A DNA stretch of 64,000 nt from Eledone cirrhosa (lineage: Eukaryota), in the NCBI GenBank assembly GCA_964016885.1, contig OZ024744.1:8928001-8992000 (forward strand), given 5' to 3'. The stretch's first letter is position 1; each line of letters starts with the position of its first letter. The translations under genes were made by a program, and so were the position numbers. The notes beneath the pieces are model-generated. The model was not told the origin of the DNA and ran no database searches. It worked only from the letters and a program-made list of their open reading frames with translations. Of the stretch, positions 55,528-64,000 are shown piece by piece.

Positions 55528-55714
55528 TTGTTTCTACTTTTGGCACAAGGCCAGCAAATAACCCAGTGCATAACTGGTACTTTATTTTATCTACCCCGTA
55601 AGGATAAAAGTAAAGTTAACCTCGACGGGATTTGAACTCAGACCGTAAAGGGACGTAACTATGCTGGAAAGCATGGCGTCCGACTCTCTACCGATACTGC
55701 CAATCTACCGCACT
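55528..55714 (-). mobile_element. tRNA-derived SINE
   Basis: Minus strand has A-box TGGCAGTATCGG (55691-55702) and B-box GAGTTCAAATCC (55628-55639), followed by a core-like CTTTTATCCTTACGGGGTAGATAAAATAAAGTACCAG. Flanked by short TA runs. Confidence 0.85.
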
Positions 55715-55809
55715 TATATATATATAATAGTAAAAGAGGAAAACAGTAGAAAATGCTAAAGGGTTTTTCTCATAGAATAACAGCAATACATTTACAAAAA
55801 GGAATTTAT

Positions 55810-55852
55810 CGTACCGGTTTCAGCCAAGGGTTGTTGGGTTCTTCATGCTACG
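55810..55852 (-). ncRNA. Degenerate minimal hammerhead of Penelope pLTR type
   Basis: Minus strand reads CATGAAGA-ACCCAA-caaccc-TTGGCT-GAAACCGGTA: near-core CUGAAGA, imperfect stem II, palindromic ACCGGT stem III and GUA triplet. Lies downstream of the Penelope-like ORF on the same strand. Confidence 0.5.
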
Positions 55853-56105
55853 GAAGTGTATAATGAAATTTATAATGGAGTTAAGTTGTATATTAATAGG
55901 AATGTGCCATGAAAGACTATGGTTTACACATATAATATTGAATAGTTCACATTTTTGTTTATCGCTTTCCCTCTCTTTCTCTCCTCCTTGGTGGTGTTGA
56001 CTATAACTGCAGTAGTGGAGGGTGGAGAACCAGCTCGTTCTATGTTCTTGTCCGGCTGGTGTTGCCCTCGACTGTAGTGATAGCAGTGGCAGTAGTAGAG
56101 GGGGA

Positions 56106-56270
56106 GAAGAAGAAGAAGAAGAAGAAGAAGAAGAAGAAGAAGAAGAAGAAGAAGAAGAAGAAGAAGAAGAAGAAGAAGAAGAAGAAGAAGAAGAAGAAGA
56201 AGAAGAAGAAGAAGAAGAAGAAGAAGAAGAAGAAGAAGAAGAAGAAGAAGAAGAAGAAGAAGAAGAAGAA
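56106..56270. repeat. (GAA)n microsatellite, ~55 units
   Basis: Uninterrupted GAA run; explains the poly-E/K/L ORFs. Confidence 0.98.
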
Positions 56271-56663
56271 GGAGAGGTGTGGTAGTAATAATCGGCAAAG
56301 AAGGATGAGAAAGACGAAAGAGGGGTGGGCGCAGCAGAAGGAGACGACGACGAGGAGGTGGTAGAAATAGTATCCCTATTAATAGTAGTAAAGGGAACTG
56401 TCCGTGGGATTGTCCTAAGTTGTAGAGTGACATTAAAGTTGACCGAGGAAGTAATTATTTCTAAATATATCTATCTTAGGATTTCTGTCGGTAATACTGG
56501 CACTCTTAGTTTGTATATTGGTGTAAAAAATTGACCTGCAGAATGATTGTATCTGAAGATGTCTATCTTCCTTGGTATTTCTGAATGAAATACTATCTTT
56601 CTTAATTTGTCCATTGGTGTTAATGTTGGTTGTTCGTGGCAGTTTCGTCTGTTGTAGATGCAT

Positions 56664-57101
56664 TTAAAAGGGGTTCGTATTTAGTGATAATGTGTGATTC
56701 TTTGTTAATGTGCTGCAAATCGTTGTCTTTAAATTTGTAGAGGGGAAAATTCTGAAATTGAGTTGTTCATTAGAGGCGCAGGTAGCAATGTGTTTACTCA
56801 GTGCTATCTTTCTGTATTTCCGTATTTTAATTTGGGATCTATGAACGACTATACGTTGACGGAGACAGTTTTTAGTCTGTCCTATGTAGTGTTTTCGAGA
56901 GCCTGAACAAGTCAACACATAGATAAGGTTTTCTAATGCGCATGTGAAATTGTATTTAACTGTAAAGTGTTGTCCTTGTTTGAAGTGGAACTCCGATCCC
57001 TCTATTATCTTGATACACAGTTGAGTCTTCCGCATTTTTTTATTTTTTGGTTTTGTTGTTAAGGTCGACTGGACTTTGGCCTGTGTAAGGATGTTTTTCA
57101 T
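56664..57101 (-). pseudogene. GIY-YIG endonuclease domain of the Penelope-like element
   Basis: ORF contains FTCALENLIYVLTC...HYIGQTKNCLRQRIVVH, the IY-x-YIG-QT-R-H signature, downstream of RT motifs. Confidence 0.85.
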
Positions 57102-58080
57102 TGATTTGCTTTATTATTTGATCTCTTTTTAGTAAAGGTATGTTCTGGAGGATGGTGTCGAAGGACTCGTTGTTAAGGGGGTTGTGTGTGGAGATGTCTG
57201 GTAGGGCTTTCAGTTGCGATTCATTTTTTAGTTTGGGATGTCTAAGATCCTGGATTCTGAGTTTTAGGGCAGGTTGGAATCCATTGTTAATTAGAGATGG
57301 TAGGTAATTCCTGCTAATGAGAGTCTTTTAATTCTTGTAGTTGTATGTAACAGGTGTTTCTATCAGATACTATTGTACAAATCCTTTGTAGGGGATATTC
57401 ATTTCGGTGTATCTAGGTTGTCGGGGATATTCATTTCGGTGTATCTCGGGTGGCATGAGCTGAATGGAAGGTATTGTTTGGAGTCTGTGGGCTTATATTA
57501 TATATAGCTGATGGCTCTATTCTATCGTAAGTTGATTGTTTGTGTTAAGTCCATTCAGAAGTGTTTTAAATTCAATAAGACTTTCCATATTTTCAAGCCA
57601 GAGGATGAAACAATCATCCAAATATCTCTTTCAGTTATTTTCTATGTGGAGGTAGGAGTTTCCATATTCATCTGGTACGTTTCGGTAGAGGGTGATTTCC
57701 AGGTAGCCCATAACAAGGTTGGCATCAGAGGGGGCCATTTCCGTGCCTATCGCAGTCCCAGATATCTGTCTGTAGAATTTGTCATTGAATACGAAGTAGT
57801 TATTCTCCAAGATAAATTTGAGCCCTTCTATTACGAATTATTTTATGATGCGGTGTGGTAGTTCATTGGGGTAATTTTCTAGCCAGATATTGGAATATAG
57901 ATTGACTACATAAAAAAACACTAGTAGGGTTTGTTCATTATTAAGTGTTTTGAAGAGGTGGTTGACCATATCGTCCCTTATGTAGCTTTTAATGTGTTTA
58001 AAGAATGGTTTTAACAGGATATCTAGTAAGTTGCTGAGAAAGTGGGTTTCGCAAGCGGGACCTGCTATTATAGGCCTTAA
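56664..58080 (-). mobile_element. Decayed, 5'-truncated Penelope-like retroelement (RT + GIY-YIG endonuclease)
   Basis: Minus-strand translations give LRPIIAGPACETHFLSNLLDILLKP (~58080-58005), LKFILENNYFVFNDKFYRQISGTAIGTEMAPSDANLVMGYLE (~57820-57695), KRYLDDCF (~57631-57608) and then the GIY-YIG ORF. Stops and frameshifts are present. Confidence 0.9.
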
Positions 58081-58295
58081 GCTCCGTTTAATTGATTATT
58101 TGTCAGGTCAATTTCTACAGACCAAAAGGAAAGACTAGGTAAATTTTATCTGACTGTTCCTCACAGAGGAAAGTCTGTAACATTTATCTGTTAATTCTTC
58201 AAAGTTACATTTTAAACTTAGCTCCGTTTAAATTATTATTTATCTGGTTGATTTCTACGGACTAAAAAGGAAAATAATTGTCTGACTGTTCTTCA
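58080..58295. repeat. Diverged two-copy direct repeat (~140-bp spacing)
   Basis: AGCTCCGTTTAA...ATTTCTAC.GAC.AAAAGGAAA...TCTGACTGTTC occurs at ~58080 and ~58220. Confidence 0.8.
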
Positions 58296-58625
58296 AACTT
58301 ACAATTTTATATATATATATATATATCAAAATGAAGTAACGGATCAGAAACTCGCTTTAGTCCCTGTAATTCATGAGTTCAAAGGAAAAAGAATCCTGGG
58401 CGCTTCACCTGGATGAATACAATTCCAACACGGATTTCTGGTTAAACAATCTCTCTGAGTTTGTACGTGTGTGATATATAGTTATAAAGGTCGGTTGGTT
58501 CATTTTAAATTATATTTTTAATTATAATGTATCTACCTCACCTTTCTTAGTTTATAGGTTCTATACGCTAGTGGTATTCCCTGTACGTTGATAAACACAC
58601 TCTCTCTAGTGTGTCTTTTTCTCTT

Positions 58626-58630
<5 letters not shown>

Positions 58631-58685
<55 letters not shown>

Positions 58686-58812
58686 GTATGTAAGTATGTG
58701 TGTATGTATGTAAGTATGTATATATATGTATGTATGTAGGTGTGTATGTATGTATGTATGTATGTGTGTATGTTTGTGTGTGCGCGTGTGTGTGCGTGTG
58801 TGTTTATGTATG
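58631..58812. repeat. Compound (TA)n/(TATG)n/(TG)n microsatellite
   Basis: Direct reading. Confidence 0.95.
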
Positions 58813-59087
58813 CCGAGACAGAGCGGGAGTGAATGAGGAGGTTTGAAAATGACGTGAGAGAGAATACTTAAGAATGCTGTTGGATATTGAGCGTTATTTA
58901 TGCTTTCAAATTGAGTAATTCTTGGAATGAAACTGTTGCGATGTATAGAAGAAGCCAAAGAAATATTGAGGCAGATGGATCAATGACGACGACGACGACG
59001 ATAACCACAAGGACGACGAAGACGACAACGGCAATAGCGATAATAACAGCTATATTAATGATGGCGATCATAATAAAATGCCATTAA

Positions 59088-59124
59088 GTGTATGTGTAAG
59101 TATATGTATATGTATACATACATG

Positions 59125-59169
<45 letters not shown>

Positions 59170-59292
59170 GTATATATATATATATACACACATATATATA
59201 TATATACATATATACATATATACATATATAGATATGTATATATATATATATGTGTATATATATATATATATATAACAGTATATATACATATA
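59088..59292. repeat. Degenerate (TA)n/(TACA)n tract
   Basis: Direct reading. Confidence 0.95.
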
Positions 59293-59589
59293 CTGTTTCG
59301 ACAGCTTGATTCAGAGAAGTAGGCAGGTATATAGATAGATAGATGGAGAGGGGGGGGGACATAAAAAAGAAGTCAGTTATAGAGATACAATTCCAATAAT
59401 GAAGATCTGAGGAAAGTTTGTAAAAAGATCTAAAAACTGTGTTGTGTATGAGGTACGTAACACGTCATTGAAATATTACATAAGGTTTCATCAATAGAAT
59501 CTACGTGATAGCTTATCTTTTATCTAACTCACACACATCTACACATATATACATATGTAGATAGAAAAATATATAGATACATACATATA

Positions 59590-59700
59590 TATTATACACA
59601 TACACACGCATATACATATACACGCAAATATGTATACATATCTGATAAACACACACTTACACACACACGCACACAGGTACACACACACACACACACACAT

Positions 59701-59761
<61 letters not shown>

Positions 59762-59766
59762 TATAT
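59590..59766. repeat. Compound (CA)n/(TA)n microsatellite
   Basis: Direct reading. Confidence 0.95.
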
Positions 59767-59927
59767 AAGTTTATATAGAAAATGCTTCTACAGGACAAGA
59801 ACTGTTACATGCGTACGAATGAAAGAGTTCTATTTCTTTAGAAGCTTTTCTATATAAACGCCTATCTCCACTCTACCCATGTATTGTGTACCATATTTAG
59901 TGTGGTTACATCCGACTCATCTCAGAA

Positions 59928-59929
<2 letters not shown>

Positions 59930-59983
<54 letters not shown>
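59930..59983. repeat. (TA)n microsatellite
   Basis: Direct reading. Confidence 0.97.
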
Positions 59984-59986
<3 letters not shown>

Positions 59987-60244
59987 TAAGTCAACAGGTT
60001 AAAATTAACTTTGATTCATACAGTGATAACTATTACGCAACAGGTATGACCTCATCAGACATCTAGAAATTGAACAGAAAAAACAGAAAAAACATAACAA
60101 TGGAATACATTATGGTGTTGTTTTCTCAATGAACTGGTAGCACATAACTTAGAATGAAGAAGTTCACAGCATGGGTAGAATTCACCTCCTTTCCATTGGT
60201 CAGATTTCATTTCACCATCTCAGTAACAAGTCTATTGAATTTCT

Positions 60245-60323
60245 TAGGTCAATTGTCCTGGAATTAGTTCAGTCGGTTGGGGTTGTTTTGCGGCCAGGGG
60301 GTCCGTCGTGGATTCGAACGCTG

Positions 60324-60327
<4 letters not shown>
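60245..60327 (-). mobile_element. Possible 5'-truncated tRNA-derived SINE fragment
   Basis: Minus-strand B-box GTTCGAATCC (60310-60319) in a GC-rich patch. No A-box; that position is occupied by (CA)n. Confidence 0.35.
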
Positions 60328-60420
<93 letters not shown>

Positions 60421-60462
60421 AACACACTCTCACGTACACACACACACACGCACACAACACAT
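60328..60462. repeat. (CA)n microsatellite
   Basis: Direct reading. Confidence 0.97.
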
Positions 60463-60554
60463 AAATATCTATATCTATATCTAAATCTAATTATCTATAT
60501 ATCTATAGCAATATTTATATATAATATAAAAGATTAGAACCCCCGTCATCCTTT

Positions 60555-60920
60555 CGAGAAACATGGACCAACCACGTCTATGCAATGACACATGTTTAAC
60601 TGTCAAGTGGATGATAAGTGGATCTTATAGAGGGTAATATTCTTGGAGGCAACCATCAAGGAGAAAATACATTTATTCCCAAGATTCCTTTTATCCCTTC
60701 CTCTACCGAGCTGCCGTTCAAATTGTCAAGATTTCAGTTCCCTGTTAGAATCAGTTTTGCTCTGACCATAAATAAAGGCGCAAAGTTTCAAAGTTGTAGA
60801 ATCAAATACTTGAGAATCGATTATAAGTCATGGACAGTTATATGTAGATTTTTCACGAGTGAAAGCACCTAGAAATCTTTATACGCTATGAAGAATGTGG
60901 TGTATATGGAAGATATGTTT
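60555..60920 (+). pseudogene. Helitron RepHel PIF1-family helicase C-terminal fragment
   Basis: RNMDQPRLCND; FIPKIPFIPSSTELPFKLSRFQFPVRISFALTINK; after frameshifts SHGQLYVDFSRV and KNVVYMED. These match LRNL..LCNG, IPRI..QFPVRLAFAMTINKSQG, HGQLYVALSRV and KNIVYKE. Confidence 0.88.
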
Positions 60921-60952
60921 TACTGTTTTTGTTTGTTTCTTTGTTTCTTTGT

Positions 60953-61010
60953 CACACACACACGCACACACGCACACACAGACAGACACACAGACATATA
61001 CACACGCACG

Positions 61011-61092
<82 letters not shown>

Positions 61093-61111
61093 CACACACA
61101 CACACGTACAC
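60953..61111. repeat. (CA)n-rich microsatellite inside the Helitron 3' region
   Basis: Direct reading. Confidence 0.95.
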
Positions 61112-61261
61112 CACGGTCTCCCCTCATACTGTAAACCAGATAGCACATCCAATACAGTCGTTTTCTTTTCTACCTGTCTTCTTTTCTCATATGTTTACCC
61201 GGGGGAAGATAGGTATGTTAGCTAGTATATATATACAAATTTAAATTTTGATATCAAAGTT

Positions 61262-61318
61262 ATCACATAATACAATACAGGTATAAAAGCATATTATACC
61301 TGTATTGTATTATGTGAT
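61262..61318. repeat. Perfect inverted repeat, 25-bp arms with 7-nt loop
   Basis: ATCACATAATACAATACAGGTATAA (61262-61286), loop AAGCATA, TTATACCTGTATTGTATTATGTGAT (61294-61318). Confidence 0.95.
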
Positions 61319-61693
61319 GCCTTTGCCATACTGTGATATATATATATGCTTAGTACCATTGCTTGTTTCTTACAGGGTTATTTATACGTTTGCATATGTA
61401 CTGCTAATGTCCTCGTTTTGCGAGTAACTTTCTTCTTTAATTCCTCTATAATTGTTGTATTATTCTTTTATAATATTTGTCACATCCACTGATACTGACC
61501 ACATCATCTTCACTCTTTAAATATGACACTGTTAATGACAACAGTAACATCTATGTAGCTTTACGATTTTTCTGTGGAATAGGAGGTTAATTATATGTCT
61601 AAACTCTGCTAGTGATTCGATGATCAAAACTTTCGTTTGGAAGAAACGATTGTCAGCAATAAAATGTTTTGAACATAGTTTGATTATTCTGTA

Positions 61694-61697
<4 letters not shown>

Positions 61698-61746
<49 letters not shown>
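61698..61746. repeat. (TA)n microsatellite
   Basis: Direct reading. Confidence 0.97.
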
Positions 61747-61747
<1 letters not shown>

Positions 61748-61812
61748 CTGTCTATATACATCCACCTAGGTGTACATCTATTTATCTATGTTTGAGAATG
61801 TATCTATCTTCA

Positions 61813-61864
61813 AACAAGAACAACAACAATAACAACAACAACAACAAAAACAACAACAACACAA
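61813..61864. repeat. Imperfect (CAA)n microsatellite
   Basis: Direct reading. Confidence 0.92.
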
Positions 61865-62159
61865 TGCATGAATTTCAATGGAAGATGAAAGATCAATAGA
61901 TATATAGGTAAATTCATGGTTAATTATTAGATATATATTCGATAATGATTCAATAATTTATAGAAGTTGATTATTTTAATTGATTTAAATAAATGTAAAA
62001 TGAAATGTGCTAATGGCCTGAGTAACATGAGGGAGCAGGCGTAGGAAAACAGGAGGAGGTAAGCATCTTTATAAAGAATGTTGTGAACAGCGAATTATTG
62101 AATTGAATATTTTCTTTAATATACACCTCATTTATGACGGAAATTATATTTATATATGT

Positions 62160-62247
62160 ACACATACACACACACACTACACACACACACACACACACAC
62201 ACACACGTACGTACACACACACGTACGCACGCACACACGCACGCACG

Positions 62248-62297
<50 letters not shown>
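62160..62297. repeat. (CA)n/(CGCA)n microsatellite
   Basis: Direct reading. Confidence 0.95.
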
Positions 62298-62299
<2 letters not shown>

Positions 62300-62390
62300 A
62301 TTTAACTGAAAGGACTGCGAAGGATAGGCGGCTCGTAACAACAGAGAAATAAATATCTTCGTTGGTATAATGTTTGTGTTGGGATAGGTC

Positions 62391-62412
62391 AGATAGATAG
62401 ATAGATTGATAG

Positions 62413-62509
<97 letters not shown>

Positions 62510-62525
62510 CGGAGAGAGAGAGAGA
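62391..62525. repeat. Compound (GATA)n/(GA)n microsatellite
   Basis: Direct reading. Confidence 0.96.
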
Positions 62526-63484
62526 AATAAACCACGTCCATACGAATAATTGATAGAAAGAAAGGAATAAAATGGACGCGTGGTAACTGCTTGAAGACTT
62601 GATAGCTGATGAGCGTATTTTAATATTTGTGATCTCTCAACCATTCTATTTCTTCCTTTCAATTATTTGAGTCAACTCACTTCCAGCCGTTTTATCATTT
62701 CTGTCCTTCCAACGACGTTTCAACAGTATTTTGCTGTTTTAAGAGTTTCCTTATGCCGAGTTTTTCCATTTTCCTACGAATTATAACACTCTCGCGTCTT
62801 GAAACTCGATATTCGTGTTAATTTTGTTTATATATATATAGTAGTGATAGAGTGAAGAATAACATGGTCTGCTGTACAAAAAGGGTTTATTTACAGTATT
62901 AACAATTGTTTCATTGATCAGGTGAGTCTAAAGGCCGCTAATCACTCGAAGTTGCGTCACTTGACCTTAAATACAGTGTGTGTCTCTGATCAAATCATCG
63001 TAATACTGGAGGGTGTAACACATGGCATTGGTATTTATAGATACATCGGAGAATCAAGTGAATGAAAATAATAACATCAATAATAACAGATAATAAAAGA
63101 TAATAATAATAAAGAAGTTATAAGGAAAATGGTAAAGATGTAGAAAATTAGTAAAAAATAAGTACAAAATACGATTGCTGATAATAGTAGGAGTAGTGGT
63201 GGTAGTTGAAGTTATAGTGGTGAGTAAGTGGATGTGTAAAATAGTGATGATGGTAAAGATAACAATAACATGAAAAGTATACGAAATACGTGATATGTCG
63301 TATATAGAGTTTATAAATTGGCGAAATAAAAATGCAAGAGGTACAATAAAATCTCAGAGGATTAAAATAAAAAAAATGAAAAATAAGGAGTAAAAGAGTA
63401 AGAGATAAGGGTCAGGAGACAGAGAGTGAGGATAAGTATACGAGGGTGAGGAATAAAGGGTAGGACTAAAGACGGGGAAGCAGT

Positions 63485-63496
63485 AGATAGATAGAC

Positions 63497-63582
<86 letters not shown>
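63485..63582. repeat. (GATA)n microsatellite
   Basis: Direct reading. Confidence 0.97.
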
Positions 63583-63583
<1 letters not shown>

Positions 63584-63834
63584 GAAAGGGGCAGTGATGA
63601 TATATGGGTGATTAATGTCTGGCAGATTGATTGTTTTATCTTAATGGAGGTGATGCGGCTATAGAAAGAGAGAGTGAAAGAAATGTTGGGAGATTCATGA
63701 TGTTGATTTAATGATCGGTTGGTCGGTTGACAGCTAATAACAGAGGAGTGGTGTGAAGCTAGTACATTAAAACCCGGTGGTTTCGACCGAATTCTGAGAT
63801 TGCTGGATCGAATCATGCTGGTTGTAGTTTGAAG

Positions 63835-64000
63835 ATATAGAGAATTTGGTGGCTGCTTTGTGCCTACAGAAAATTGATCGTTCTATCTTGTTGTTAAGCA
63901 TCATTTGATCATACTTATGGAGCAGCTCCATATTGCATAGTTTGCTGTGGGACATTCCATTTTCGTAGGCCCTTGCACCCGATAACTTCGACCAGCTAAT
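63835..64000 (-). pseudogene. Probable C-terminus of a second Penelope-like ORF (continues beyond the window)
   Basis: Minus strand ISWSKLSGARAYENGMSHSKLCNMELLH...MLNNKIERSIFCRHK resembles, from memory, the I.W.IL..A..Y.NG...C.LC..EK...LN.R.E....CRH tail of Penelope GIY-YIG proteins. Confidence 0.55.

Larger units (their letters stand above)
60468..61225 (+). mobile_element. Internally deleted Helitron (5' boundary uncertain)
   Basis: PIF1-helicase C-terminal remnants at 60555-60920; degenerate subterminal hairpin TACCCGGGGGAAGATAGGTA followed by CTAG (61222-61225) and T; TCTATA-like candidate 5' ends at ~60468-60505. Confidence 0.75.

Noticed and set aside
55924-56433. Poly-L, poly-E and poly-K ORFs
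   Set aside because: Translations of the (GAA)n tract.
57511-57861. 116-aa plus-strand ORF
   Set aside because: Antisense shadow of the Penelope RT region.
58533-63816. Many YI/HT/CV/LS-rich ORFs
   Set aside because: Products of stop-free microsatellites; only the Helitron-derived segments carry real motifs.

Overview
Eukaryotic (metazoan) non-coding DNA. The SINE type and microsatellite density suggest a mollusc or cephalopod-like genome, but that is inference. Bases 1-~54184 are about 100 head-to-tail copies of a ~541-bp unit, with local higher-order duplications of 3-17 units. Each unit carries a type I hammerhead-ribozyme-like motif on the + strand: CUGAUGA core, extended stem II, GAAA, palindromic stem III, GUU cleavage triplet and a possible 7-bp pseudoknot. 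The array therefore looks like a retrozyme-like self-cleaving satellite. It ends abruptly in a (TA)n tract. The last ~10 kb is microsatellite-rich and holds a tRNA-derived SINE, a decayed Penelope-like retroelement (RT + GIY-YIG) with a degenerate hammerhead downstream, an internally deleted Helitron, a perfect 25-bp-stem hairpin and the 3' end of a probable second Penelope-like ORF. No intact host protein-coding gene is evident.
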